Assembly: GCA_964187785.1 (NCBI GenBank)
Contig: OZ076409.1
Coordinates: 10,480,001-10,544,000, forward strand
Source of the DNA: Amphiscolops sp. MND2022
Lineage: Eukaryota
DNA length: 64,000 nt
Direction of reading: 5' to 3'
The notes under the pieces are model-generated. The model did not search any database, was not told the origin of the DNA, and was given only the letters and a program-made list of their open reading frames with translations. The position numbers and the translations under genes are program-made. Shown piece by piece: positions 49,601-63,100 of this stretch (position 1 is its first letter; every line of letters starts with the position of its first letter).

Positions 49601-52600
49601 GCTGACAATACCTTTTGCTAAATCTTGCGAGGCAATGCATTCACCTGCCAGGTTTCCTGCGAGATTCAGGCATAAAGTTTCATCTTGCAAGATTTTCGCG
49701 ACATTTTACCAGGCATCTAACAAGATTCTCGTGAAAATATGCAGAACCGAATTTGTTCGCACTTCGCGTAACGAGGAATTCTCGGTTACCACTCATTGTG
49801 TCTTGCCATTTAGACTCTTGAAACGAAACTATTTAAAACTCAAACTTTGGAAAAGATGTCGTTGAACAAATCAAAGCATGTTCCATTGAAACTACTATTC
49901 TGACAAATACAATAACCGCACAAAATTTTCGACTTTCAAAATTTTAGATTTCAGACGTTCTGGGTGTTGAATTGATTCAGTTGAGAACATTTAGTTGTAT
50001 GTGTTCCAATGGTGATTTGTCAATATTTTGATAACTCCACCGACTTGTCTTCATGTAAAATAATTTGCACGATTTCAACTCGGGTTCTTTCGCTTACCCA
50101 GCTGACAAAAACTTCATTTGGAGTCTCGGTAGAAAGCAGAAAAAATTTCCAACATCTTTGACACCAGGTTCTAGGCTTTTGGCTCAAGTTACTTGTTTCT
50201 CGGTAACTTGTTTCTCGGTAAGATTCTTGGTAACAAAAACTTTTTCTAAATTTACAACTCATTCGAATTTGTGGCAATTTAAAAGTGGTTTACCATCATT
50301 TGTTCTCAGCATGTTTCCGGAAATATGATAATCTTTTGAACTAGTCTTTCTCATTGTCCATCATCTTTTATCCAATTTGGATACCACTCTATCAACTGAT
50401 CATTGCATTAGTTTTTTCGTAAGTTTCAATCAGAATCACTTCAGGTTTTCAATGGCTTCAATTTGTTTAGATTAGAAGGTTCCCTTTCTGATGATGCACA
50501 GTTCAGTTCAAGTTTTGTTTCAAAACATCATAATACCGGTCGCTTCATGGTAGGTAACTGACAGAACCTTGGGTATCAGAAACATAAAGCATGAACTGTA
50601 AGTTCGCTTGATTGATTTTTAATGAGGACAAACGTTTCAATAAACACGCATGTCATTTGGTTTCATATGAGGACTAGCATTGAAGGATCAGGATGGCCTC
50701 GGAGGATTGCATGGAACCATACAACCGACTTAATTGCATGCTATTTCATGTAAGGAACCATGAAATTCATGATTTCCACGCATAAAACTATTATACTTTG
50801 TTTTCCACAATTTTTTCCATAGAGGGAACCATATATTTCTATGCATGGAATATCATTCAATCCCATGTTGCGTGCATTAGATCTAGGTATATTTGTATAT
50901 CTTCCTTCAGACTCAAATTCCCCGAAAAATTGTATGGTAATAATCAAATCATGCTATACCTTCTTAATAACGACACTTTTTCCGCATATCGTGATTCTGC
51001 ATAGACATTAAAGTTATTGTAACAAACGTTGAAGAGATCTTCATTTTTCTCTTTTTCAACACATGTGCTTTCGACGTTTGTATCACATTCAAAAACTGTT
51101 TTGATCTATGTTTTGAGCTAGCTAAGCCGTCCATGGTCAATTGGCCAATCAGAGTGCAGTTTATAACAGCCATCTTATTACTTATTACGTAACTGCGCTA
51201 GTAGCTATTTAGAATGGACCAAAACAGCCAATTAACTTTGCCGGCCTTATTATGCTTTGATGCTATACTTGAATAATATTCAGTAATTACAAATAGGCCG
51301 AAAGCGCCTATGTGACATAGCTGTCCCTACTCACTGTACTAATTGTCTTGGTGCTATACAGTAAATAAGGCCTATCACGTTCGATTGACGCAATAAGCAT
51401 TCAAATGCTGTATACATATTATATGAAATTGGTGTCTGAATTAATTACTGATTGAAAGTCACAAGTAACCCCCCCCCATGCAATGACCAAACATGTATAT
51501 TGCTAACATGTAGTGTTGCTTTCCGTTTTATGATTGGGATTGAATTAGAAAACCCTAACGGGCAATAGCCGTATTGGGCCTTCATGTACATGTTCAAATG
51601 TAATGTTGCTCTGCGCTGTTAAAAGGAACTATAGGTCCTTTTCAGCTACTCATCAGTTGTGTTATACATGAATTCTATCTACATGTAAAAGTGTTTGCAT
51701 ATAGTATGCTGTATATGAAAATCATTACCTATTCGTCACATGGCCTAATAAGGCACTTTGATCTACCCGCCTTTATATGACCTTTGTGACGTAACGATGC
51801 TATTTTATAATTATAACTTGTAAGTTTTTTTTAGTAACATGACCGTTAAAATTATGAGTGTCATGGTAACTTGGATATAAATACGCCCAGCTTGACCCTG
51901 ACACAACAATTGTCTTAATAATACGGTTACTGTTCAGTTGCTCTTATACATATTGTACAAGATTCACTGTGAAGCCTAGTTAATATTGTCCACAGGAACA
52001 ATTCAAGTATTTACTACTGGATAATCATTTTCAATGCCCTCTACAATGAAACAAAAGGCAAAAGCCAGGAAATCGAGAGAATTAGATATGTTGTCCGACT
52101 ACGGCAACATGGACGTAATGTTAGGTGAAGGAAATTCAAACTCAATAGAGAGAGAACTAGATAGCCTAATTAATGTCCCAGAAAGGCAGCAAGACTTTCA
52201 GTCCTTTCCTAACAGAGGAAATTCATCTCAAGAGAACGAGATCAGAGACATCGATAGTAGAAATGAGCCTGTTAGAGAAAGCAGGCTAGTAGAGTCAATT
52301 AACATGTTGTCTGGAGAAATGAATTCTAGGATGTCACGTGAGATGGAAGCCATGATGGACCTAATGCAATCACAGATTAGCAGGGCCATTAGTTCTGCCA
52401 TAAGTGAGAGAATTATCCCAGAAATACACAACATGGTGGAAAACTTGCCTTTGAGTCAACATGGCGTTGAGCCGTGTACGACCACAAATGAGGACGGAAT
52501 TGGGAATATATGGAAGAACGCAAATACGAAATTTACAAAGAAGGACTCAAGGTCCGCTCGTGATCTGAGGGATCATATGGACAACACTCCTTACAGCTGA

Positions 52601-54102
52601 CAATACCTTTTGCTAAATCTTGCGAGGCAATGCAGTCACCTGCCAGGTTTCCTGCGAGATTCAGGCATAAAGTTTCATCTTGCAAGATTTTCGCGACATT
52701 TTACCAGGCATCTAACAAGATTCTCGTGAAAATATGCAGAACCGAATATGTTCGCACTTCGCGTAACGAGGAATTCTCGGTTACCACTCACTGTGTCTTG
52801 CCATTTAGACTCTTGAAACGAAACTATTTAAAACTCAAACTTTGGAAAAGATGTCGTTGAACAAATCAAAGCATGTTCCATTGAAACTACTACTCTGACA
52901 AATACAATAACCGCACAAAATTTTCGACTTTCAAAATTTTAGATTTCAGACGTTCTGGGTGTTGAATTGATTCAGTTGAGAACATTTAGTTGTATGTGTT
53001 CCAATGGTGATTTGTCAATATTTTAATAACTCTACCGACTTGTCTTCATGTAGAATAATTTGCACGATTTCAACTCGGGTTCTTTCGCTTACCCAGCTGA
53101 CAAAAACTTCATTTGGAGTCTCGGTAGAAAGCAGAAAAAAATTTCCAATCTTTGACACCAGGTTCTAGGCCCTTGGTTCAAGTTACTTATTGCTCGGTAA
53201 CTTGTTTCTCGGTAAGATTCTTGGTAACAAAAACTTTCTCTAAAATTACAACTCATTCGAATTTTGTGGCAATTTAAAAGTGGTTTACCATCATTTGTTC
53301 TCAGCATGTTTCCGGAAATATGATAATCTTTTGAACTAGTCTTTCTCATTGTCCATCATCTTTTATCCAATTTGGATACCACTCTATCAACTGATCATTG
53401 CATTAGTTTTTTCGTAAGTTTCAATCAGAATCACTTCAGGTTTTCAATGGCTTCAATTTGTTTAGATCAGAAGGTTCCCTTTCTGATGATGCACAGTTCA
53501 GTTCAAGTTTTGTTTCAAAACATCATAATACCGGTCGCTTCATGGTAGGTAACTGACAGAACCTTGGGTATCAGAAACATAGAGCATGAACTGTAAGTTC
53601 GCTTGATTGATTTTTAATGAGGACAAACGTTTCAATAAACACGCATGTCATTTGGTTTCATTTGAGGACTAGCATTGAAGGATCGGGATGCCCTCGGAGG
53701 ATTGCATGGAACCATACAACCGACTTAATTGCATGCTATTTCATGTAAGGAACCATGAAATTCATGATTTCCACGCATAAAACTAATATACTTTGTTTTC
53801 CACAATTTTTTCCATAGAGGGAACCATATATTTCTATGCATGGAATATCATTCAATCCCATGTTGCGTGCATTAGATCTAGGTATATTTGTATATCTTCC
53901 TTCAGACTCAAATTCCCCGAAAAATTGTATGGTAATAATCAAATCATGCTATACCTTCTTAATAACGACACTTTTTCCGCATATCGTGATTCTGCATAGA
54001 CATTAAAGTTATTGTAACAAACGTTGAAGAGATCTTCATTTTTCTCTTTTTCAACACATGTGCTTTCGACGTTTGTATCACATTCAAAAACTGTTTTGAT
54101 CT
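48097..54102. repeat. 3-kb tandem duplication (48097-51107 and 51116-54102)
   Basis: Each unit is a 5'-truncated B LTR, GCTGA, and 1.5 kb of flank ending CTGTTTTGATCT; 8-nt filler ATGTTTTG at the junction. Confidence 0.95.
52034..52600 (+). CDS. LTR-encoded Gag N-terminal ORF (188 aa) in the third LTR copy
   Basis: Uninterrupted homolog of B gag residues 1-187; the stop is supplied by the TSD (GCTGA). Expression unknown. Confidence 0.5.
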   Translation: MPSTMKQKAKARKSRELDMLSDYGNMDVMLGEGNSNSIERELDSLINVPERQQDFQSFPNRGNSSQENEIRDIDSRNEPVRESRLVESINMLSGEMNSRMSREMEAMMDLMQSQISRAISSAISERIIPEIHNMVENLPLSQHGVEPCTTTNEDGIGNIWKNANTKFTKKDSRSARDLRDHMDNTPYS

Positions 54103-54910
54103 GTTTCATCGTTCATTTGGTCCTTTGACACTTTCACGTTTTTCTCATTCTGATCCATCTGAAGTACCTCTTGATTAGGTTTCGGCGACGCAAGCGTTCT
54201 TTGTAACAGCATCTCAAAGACCTCAAACAACGATATAGCGCTAAGCCCCAAACACATTCCAAGAATTCCTCCGACGTTGCTGATGAAAGTTGAGAAGGTA
54301 ACCAACGGAATGATTTTAACAACTTTCACTGGCTCGTCGCCCAAGCGAATGAACACGTGACTCATATGCTTCGCAATTTCTTGTCTCTTTGGGATGTCAT
54401 GAGAATCTCGGCTCGTGAAAATTTGCGAAAGTTGCTTCGCTTTCGCAGAACTAGAACCTGTTGTTTGAGATATGAGTTCGAGACTGGTCTTAACTTGGTA
54501 GTCCGTCCATTTGTGTTGTTTATGCAAAACTTGGGTTTCCAAAAGCTTTTGATCGCATCTTTGATGACAATTCGAAGAGCACTCTATAATTTGGTCCATA
54601 AGTTCGGTAAGGTTGTGTCTCTTTGTATCCATAAGACAATCCCTGTTTTGTCGTTTATGTAAGCAATCAGTCCTAGTTAGATTCCAGCCAATGAAGTTTG
54701 CGCAATCGCAAATCTGATAGTGAATTCGGGCATAGCACATATCCACACACGAGGTCACATGGTAATCATTTTGAAAAGGCTCTCCGGTGAAAATGTAGTC
54801 CTCTTTCCCGCCCTTGTGAACACATTTGGCTTTTTTGAATGATTGAGATTGTTGTCTGTGTACAACTGACGCTGTTACTACCACTAGTTCATTTGGAGCC
54901 ACATGAAAAC
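54084..54910 (-). CDS. DEG/ENaC (ASIC-like) channel, exon 3
   Basis: Acceptor TTGTTCACAG; GFHVAP; Cys-rich thumb (CVDMC...CDC...C..C...C); TM2 FISNVGGILGMCLGLSAISLFE; TGA. Confidence 0.92.
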
Positions 54911-55617
54911 CTGTGAACAACAAAAAAGTTTCGTTTGGCCCTTTATAATCATTTCGATTTTTTGAAGTTAAAAGTTGTTATGAAATTGAGTGGTTTTCAG
55001 TTTTCAGCCCGTTTGCGATATACACATTAGAACAAACAAAATCAACGTTTTCAGAAATATGTCACTAACGTCGTAGTCAATTTTCAACTGTTGAAATTAA
55101 TAATGAAAACAGTCAATAATGAAAATCCTGTATTGGGTATATGAATTTAATTTTCTCCCCAAATTATGTTAGGTTTTTGAAGTTACCAAAATTTTGACAT
55201 GCAATTAAAATTTTTTTTCTGAAATTGGTTCAACCTATCATGATGACCAATTTTTGGGTACACCAAGAAAGCAAAAATTTAGAATTAACGAAACCTTCCC
55301 TTTCAAAAGTTTTTTTCTCACCTGTGAGACGAAAAACATTTTTTCCATGACTTCTCTAATTGTCTCAGACTTTTTTGCTTTGAGCCACTCAGCAAAAGAA
55401 AAAAAACCCGTTGCAATTTTTCTGAAATGTTGTCAGATCGTTATATTGGAACTTTTCATTTTCCATGATAATCTTATCCTGACAGCGGTTTGTTTATAAT
55501 TCATCAATCGTCTATGAGTTTTTACATAGATTTTTGATATTGTTGAGTCAATAAAAAAAGTTCTTTCATAAAAAAGTTGATTCTTGGAAGTTTTTAGTGA
55601 AATTGTGAGACACGAAC

Positions 55618-55842
55618 CATTGAGTAGTGGAACAAATTGGCCTTGATGGGTCACTCTGACGTAAACACCAAGGTTGTCATTGTACTTCGCCATTGTAAGG
55701 CTCGGGTCGAAGTAAAAAACAAGCGAGATGCCCATAAGTTTGTCCGAGTGTGTCAAGTCTAGTGTGGCTTCGTAACAAGACATGAACACTTCTTGGTAAA
55801 AGTGGAAGTTTTTGAGGCAATCTTCTGTTTTCACAAAACATC
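55618..55842 (-). CDS. DEG/ENaC channel, exon 2
   Basis: CTATAG|GA TGT TTT...AAT G|GT; 225 nt, phase 1/1; CF...C, SCYE, GISL, GVYVRVTH...P palm motifs. Confidence 0.88.
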
Positions 55843-57225
55843 CTATAGATAGAGCTTGGATCAGTTGATCAAATTAATAAGGAATGGTCAATAACTATTG
55901 GTTGTTAGCTACATCATTAATCAATTGATCTTTCAGCACGAAATGATTGTCAACAAAAACGACGCGTACCGATAAAGTTGTTATCTTCCAAGTTCTTACA
56001 AATGCCACAGGTGGAAAACTAAAAAATTTGCACAGACCGGGAATCGAACTTTCGCGACTGCTTTTTTCGAGCTCGAGGTTTTTTGACCTCGTTGACCCAA
56101 GTTTTTTTGCAAATTTTCAAAAAATTCGATAAAAAATTTTAAATCATCAATATCTCCACAATATCTCCCCGCTTACCAGAGAAATGAGCCATAGCGCGTG
56201 AAAGATCTGGTATTGGGCTTTCATTTTGCTCAGGTGAGCCCCTGTCGCCGCGCGCGTCCCTCCTTCAGAATTTTAGTTTCTTTTTCCGGTACCGCCGCTT
56301 CGCGGCCGTTCCGCACTTCGTGCGGCCCGCTGCCCGGGGGCTTGTAGTAACAACAGAATATTATTGGGATCATTTGTGAAGGTAGTGGTTGTGCAAGTGT
56401 ATGGGGTTGGTTTCTGTTATGGGTCAAAGTTTTTTAAGAAATTTGGGTTTCGTTGAAAACGGAAATTTAGGAGAAAAAGGACCATTTTTGTGCAAAAAAA
56501 GTCATTTTCTCAGTTTTGGAGACATATTCATTTTTCTTAAGTCTTGTGCCATTCAAACCAATCTAGGTACCAAGGAATTTGTGAGAAAAAACTGTGCTAG
56601 AGAATATGGGCTACTGGCAAAACGGATTAGAAATTTAAAAAAATGGTATGTTGCCAAATGGTTACGCTGGGTTGATTAGGGTTAATGATAAACCATTTGC
56701 CAGAGTGCTTGGAATAATTCATGAAGTGAAAATTTTTCTAGATTTCCGTCAAAGACTGCAGTAGCCTTAGCAGTCCTCAAATCAACTGGAGTGTGCGTAT
56801 GGGGATTGAAAGCAGCCTAAGTAGGAAATCATGCTCTGAAAGTCATTGCTTGAAAGAGCAAATTTGAAAATCGAATATCTTGAGAATTCTTCCCAACATA
56901 AAAAATCACCTGCGACGATTTTTTCTTATTTCGATTAGTATTTCCAAAGTTTAGGAAGCTTTGATCAAGACTTGATTTCTTTTCAAAATTTCTGGAAATT
57001 TTTGTTCATTCGGGGACTTCCCATACATATTGTGTCATGTGAGCATTGTAATTTATGTTCAAGGTGAGCTTAAAATGATGCATTCTATGGTGCTGTGTTT
57101 TATTTTGTAAGATGGTGTTGTTTTAGTGAGTTGATGATTTTTTTGTATGCGTGACAGTTTTGAAGATTTTTGGATTTGAATTTAGCTAATTTAGGCCATG
57201 TAGGCTGTAGGTGGGTCTGACATCA

Positions 57226-57780
57226 TTAGCAGTCAGTTTGACGATGAATTCCATGTTGGTACCTAGCAAAACGGTGCATTGCGAAAACATCGTGCTGTAT
57301 CAAAAGTGCTTCAATGTGTTGTCGTTCAAACGGGCTCAAAAAGTGTCCTTCCAGTGGAAATTTCCTTTCAGATACTTCGTTGTCGTTTGAAGTTAGCGGC
57401 TCAAGTTGTTTCCAGATATTCGCCATAGAATTGTGGTTGTACCGGTGTATAATGTTTTTGGATTTCTTGGTTGTTCAAGTGTTGGGAAGCAGAATAGTTC
57501 CTGTTCGACTGTTGGTTGGTTGACTTTCATGAGTTGTTTTAAATAAACATCAGTGGTTTCAATGTGTTGGTGCAATGTGAAGGTAAAAGGGCAATGGATC
57601 AGCATGTTTGATGTTTTTGATTTGTTCGGGAGTGACGATTCGCAAATCCGCCATATGGGTGTCGATTGGGAGGGTGTAGGGCAGATCCGACAAATTAATT
57701 ACTTGGTAGCCCACTGCATTGTTGTTGCCGATAGTGCTCGAGGAAGAAGCAATGAATATGATTTTGTGTTCCTCCACAAG
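57226..57780 (-). pseudogene. Gypsy pol fragment (PR-RT spacer) in intron 1 of the channel gene
   Basis: NLSDLPYTL...VTPEQIK, FPTLEQP and IEALLIQHDVFAMHRF match B pol (VLTPEQMK, FPTPENP, IESLLVEYHDIFARHRF). Confidence 0.8.
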
Positions 57781-58117
57781 TGAAAATATTGTGATAATTG
57801 AGGGTATAAACTTTATGATGTTTTGATCAAAGTTATAAAATTCATAATTCGGGTCAAATAATCCAGGGTTTCAGAGAGAATAGTGGTTCAAACTAGATCA
57901 ATTGTGAAAAAATTAGCAGGAAACACAAAAACATTATTGTGATAATTTTTATACGTATTTCAACCTGAGCGTTAATTGACTAAATACATCACCTTATTTG
58001 GCTTTCTAATAACTAGAATGTTTTTTTGTATGGCGGTCAACCCGGGGTAGAACCATCAAATTTGTGTAACGTAACAAAAGACTAAAGTTTTGATGTTCAT
58101 ACTGGTCCAAGCTTCAC

Positions 58118-58547
58118 CTAGAAGAAACTCGTTCAAATCCAGAGCAAAATATTCGTGAGCTTCTGAGCTGATTAGAAACATAGGTCCATTAATCCAAGGA
58201 ATTAATCTTTGGCTATCGTTGAAACCGTCATTACCCAACATTGCTTCTTTGAGGAACTGAATTGTGTCATTGAATTCGGAATTATTGTCTTTCAAAATTT
58301 TTCGACGATCCAAAAAGTTATCGTTACAAACCTTGATATTAACAGGAATGTTATAATATCTTTTGTCAATATAAGTTGTTGCTGTGACCGGGTTCTGTTC
58401 GTTGTAATCTTCAAAGACCCCAGTGAAGAAATAAAGAAGCAACAGGGAGCATATGAACCAAACAATGAACCGAACAAAGTTTGTTAATCGACAAAATTCG
58501 AAGTGCTGTATATATGGAAATGTGAAGCATGCCGAGGATGAAGACAT
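58118..58547 (-). CDS. DEG/ENaC channel, exon 1
   Basis: ATG, TM1 (FIVWFICSLLLLYFF), PVNIKVCNDN (family FPxxTxCNxN equivalent), donor CTAG|GTGAAG. The three exons total 1482 nt = 493 aa plus stop. Confidence 0.88.
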
Positions 58548-58934
58548 GATTGTTTTTATTAGGTAAGATAATTATAGGAAGTTTGTATCTTCAACAGGCT
58601 GAATTAGTTGGAATTGTTTTCTTTCGAAAACTTCGGCTGGTCACTTTTCAACTTTCAGAAGACTTCGCAGATTGATGGCCAAGCAGTACAGTTCTATAGG
58701 CACACCTCTTCTCAAGATAATCCTCAGGTCTTCGAATCTCGCTGGTACAGAATTATTTTAGTCGGCGATTCATGAAGTGAAACACGACTATAATAGTGAC
58801 TCTTTTTTCAATCCACGCGAACTGACCCAAATAGTTCTACCAAGAGTTCTACAAACTATTACGGCAACAAACTGAACCATTTAGCCCAGGTTAATGAATT
58901 ATAATAGCTGTTCTTTTTTTAGCATAACATACAA

Positions 58935-59245
58935 AACCAGACGAGACTAAAGTGTCCTCCTTTCGAATTTTTTGTCACTGCGTTTTTTTGAAACTCTCAC
59001 ATTTTTCGGCACTATGAGACTGTTCTAATTCTCATTTTAGGATGTTTTGTTTCGAAACTTTTCAAATGCATTTAAGGGGTCACCGCGTCAATTTTTTGCA
59101 ACAGAATGGCTGTTAAAAATTCACGGAGTGCCCCGAAGGTCTTCGGGCAATGTGTAAGAGAATCTTGAGAGTCTTGACACTTTAAAGTCTCTTTGCTATT
59201 TTTAAGCCAAGCGGGGCGCCAACTTATGTCGTTCCCGGCTTGTTG
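58935..59245. mobile_element. Short interspersed repeat (same family as 28043-28188)
   Basis: AACCAGACGAGACTAAAG...GGCGCCAACTTATGTCGTTCCCGGCTTGTT. Confidence 0.55.
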
Positions 59246-60128
59246 TTTTCTAATTCTCAAATACGTTATTTATTTTTTTATACAATGAATTCATTTTCCG
59301 CATATATCTATCACGAAAAAACCAAATCTTTGTCTCATTTTTTGAATATTGCTACAGTTTCAGACATAAAATATAAAGGCGCTTCTATGGAACTAAAACA
59401 CGAGAAAAGGTTTGCAGTAAAATTATTTGTTGTTGTATTTCCTGCGGTGACAACGGAAACTCTCATCACAGCTCTTGTTCAAATAGCTAAAACTCTTACT
59501 GAAAATTTCATGCGAAAAAAAGTTCTTGAAAGATTTTGACTTGCTTGCAAATGGTGCAAAACCGTGTATCGAAATTGCTTCACTCTCCGGTATCTTACTT
59601 TTCGACCATCTGCGCTTATATTTTTCTGTTTTGAATATGCTATATTTTCTCTGCAATACCGCCTCCCTTGTTGAACATGCTTGAACTTTTTACATGTACT
59701 TTAATGTTGCCAGCAACTGTTTCAATGATTTTATAAATCTCTTACGGAAACTTTAATGCATTAAAATTTCCTTGTTGTCACCAACTTTTATCAAACTGCT
59801 TTAAAGAATCATCAAAGTTTTGGCGGCATTTTCAAGCCGTGAAGTTCTGCAAGTTTCAATATGCATCAGCTCTAATTTTAAATGCAGCTGATATCTGAAC
59901 AATTTTGCCGCCATTTTAATACAAATTAACTTCATTCACAATGTGAACAACAAACTAGCGTCATCTTCAGCGTCCTATTTGAGAAGCGGTGATTAAATCA
60001 GATGAGTATTTGAGAAATCAATGTGTGAATACAACGTGATCGTGTCAGTAAAAGAAGTGAGAAATATTTTCAAATTTAATTGCAAGAGTGGAAAATGCAG
60101 TGTAATTCTACAAGATTTACCAAAGGGA

Positions 60129-63100
60129 TGTAGCGACTACCTATCGAGTGCACGATTTCGAAAATTTCGATGAAAATTTCGTTCAAGGGACTATATCTCC
60201 TCTACTAAAGAGTCATATTCCGCCAGACGGCAGCGTGTCTTTATTCAAGTACCTGTCCACGGAATTGAAGAGGATTTGAACAAGAGACTCGAAAGAGACC
60301 CCAACCGAACGAGAAGATTGCAGAAAAACACGGCCACTATCAGAAAAAGACTCAAATTTCTGCCAAAACGGACTGAACTTTGTTCTAACCAGTGCTTTCT
60401 TCAGCGAAGCGTTACAAGACGCTGTGATTACCAAAAATGAGTCAATTAGCTTGACCAAGCATCCGTGCTTGTGTCCCCGGCTAATTGCTGCCTCAAAAGT
60501 GCTAATTATGTAGTAATTTTCGTATTTTCTTGTTGTAACAGCTCGTGAGCTACTCATTTCAATCTCATGTGTAACTTCGATAAAACTTGATTTTTCCTTT
60601 CCACCACTTGCATTTTTTAAAGGCTGTCTAAGTGTTGATTTCGAAGAAAAAGCGTAATGCGCACTACTGATAGCAATTACAGACTGGATCAGGCCGGCGA
60701 GCACCTCACAAGAAGCGGAATCCTCCTCTGACGGGACAGTTTTTACCCGAAAGAGGCAAAATGAGCTCATGGTCATGGGCGCCTGTCCCGGGCAAATACC
60801 CATATCATGTGTTCCTCTAACTCTTATGGTTACGGCGACAATGGTGAGAGCTTGTCGTCACATAGAGACATCATTTTTTGGCGACCACAGAGGGATCGCT
60901 TCGAAGTGCTTCCCTTAATGGTTTTAAAATAGCCGACCCTCTGGTGATTGACGCCAAGTACGACCCGACTCTGATGGAAAGAAGAGAGAACCAGAGTTTT
61001 TCCACGTTTTTACCCTGTGTGTGTCATTGAAGATTTCAACCCCGGTGGATAAAGGTAAATCTTGTAAAAAAGCGCTGTATGTTGTGATTTTCATGCTTTT
61101 TTAGTAGTTGACAGGTAACGATTGAATTAGTCTACCCTCTTAACGGGTCACTCATAAAATTGGTCTAGCAAGCCGCTGGGAGGCTGCTAGAAGTGTTAAC
61201 AGGTGTTTTCTAGCCTTTTTCAGCTTTTTATGACCAATGAAGTGAGTGTTGAGAAGAGGATAACCCTTACTCAGAGGAATCCTACAATCTGCCGAAACGA
61301 GTTATACGACTCACCGATCCCATTTCATGTACAGGCAACCTAGAGAAATGAAATTTGGTGGAGACGTACTACAAATGCTGACGTGTCTAATGGTGCAACC
61401 CGCTTGTCTCTGGCTGTTCTGGGTGATGAGCAAAAAGAACGGGAAGACACGACTCGTCAGTCCGGGTTGTATGATATTTTTGAGTCAGGTTGAAAAATTT
61501 TTTTGGGTTGCTCAAAATTTTGTGTACGACCATTTGCCAATGTTTTTACGAGCCTTCTGTAACTAAGTGTGTGCTTTTGCACCAGTTTTGTGCGAAAAAA
61601 AGTGCGTTTCCTCATGTATTTTCGACGAAAAGTGCCAAATTTGGCCATTTTGAGGCGAAACACCTACATGAGCGCGAGCGCTCTTGGTGCTAGCCACACA
61701 CCTGCAGAAATTAAATAAAAGTAGCTCAGGACTCTAACGAGTTCGCAAAAAACGCGACGAAGTACTCAAAGTTGCCCGAAAAGGCACTTAGTATAAGTTT
61801 TGTGAGGAAGAAAACCCGTTTTTGAAAGATTGAACATTTTAGCACTTTGAACTTGTGGGGGAATTTGTATGGAAGCTTTTAAACATCCCCGTATGGTTGC
61901 AATTAGGTTGGGGTACACCTGCTGGTACCCAACAATACTCATTTTGGTAATTATAACCACTACTTCTTGAAAAAAGTTACAAAAACTGTGATTTTAAGGT
62001 TTTTCTATAGTACTCTTAGAAGAAACCCAACTTGACCATTGACGAACACTTCTACACTTAGAATAGCCCCCGGGCTATTATTTTCAGTTTATTCAGTAAA
62101 TTTAACGATCTATAGTGAAAACCGCATGCAAAAATTCCCATTCAGTGCTGAGAAAAGTGAAAAAACGCACTGAATTTGATCAATTTTCCACAAAACCGGA
62201 CTGTCTCTGAGCTAGGGTCGGGTCATCGATTCCTGAACCCTAGCCAAAAAGTGGTTGCATTTTCGTAACCACCACCAAAATTAACGTTAGTGCCGAAAAT
62301 TTGGTGAACGTAACTTTCACCAAAATCGAGAAAAGTGCTCTAACGTTTCAACTTCAGAGGACTGTAAAACTACCGAAATAATCCAAAACTGAAGGACTGT
62401 CGGTGCCTCGTACTTAACGGGCACATCTATTCGAGGGTTTATTCTAGTGTTACGAGTAGTGGGGCAACACGTAGATCCCATTTTTTCAACCCTACCACTT
62501 TTTGAGGTGACCCTCTTAGCCAATTTGTGAAGAAAGTAGCCTAAGATTGTTTATTCTTTATGAGTGTTGTCCAAGTAAGGTCGAAACCTCAAATAAGCGT
62601 CCGCGCTTTCTTTTGATGGTCTCACCGGCATTGTACACACTCATCGGCTGTAACTACAAAGTTTCGTGTCAATCCAACCGGTACTTGGTGAGAAAATAGA
62701 AAAAACGTACCACTCAAAAAGCTGGGCATAGAGGGTGATTTTTCAAATTTTTCCCGAGTGATCCGAATACCTTAATTGAAAAACGAGGTTGAATTACAGT
62801 TCATTTCTACCATTTGTACCAGATATTACGTTGTTTTGCAAATTTTGAGCCCGCCAGCTTTTCTCAGTAGAGCACAATCTCGAAATAAGCATGAAAATTG
62901 ATGTATTTTGATGACTGAAGGTACCGAACGTCCGGATCAACCTAAATCTTGAAATAAAAACCCTAGCTTGGATTTAATTTTGCTATCGTGTAGTACACCT
63001 ACCACAAGGTCAGGTGGCCAATTTTCAAGTGTTTCCGACGATTAGACGTTGCGTTCGAGGGATCTTAGTCATTTCCAGAGAAATTTAAAAAACTCAAAAA

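Noticed and set aside
52630..53999. Short ORFs repeated in both duplication units
   Set aside because: Their repetition is explained by the duplication; no recognisable motifs.
56028..56056. tRNA-like T-arm/3' end on the minus strand (GTTCGATTCCCGGTCTGTGCA)
   Set aside because: No D-arm, anticodon arm or matching acceptor strand; at most a SINE or tRNA remnant.
6122..60129. The two family X copies as giant TIRs of one 54-kb element
   Set aside because: They are too diverged and point outward; independent insertions are simpler.
60213..60803. 196-aa minus-strand ORF
   Set aside because: The homologous left-copy region does not keep the frame open; no recognisable motif.
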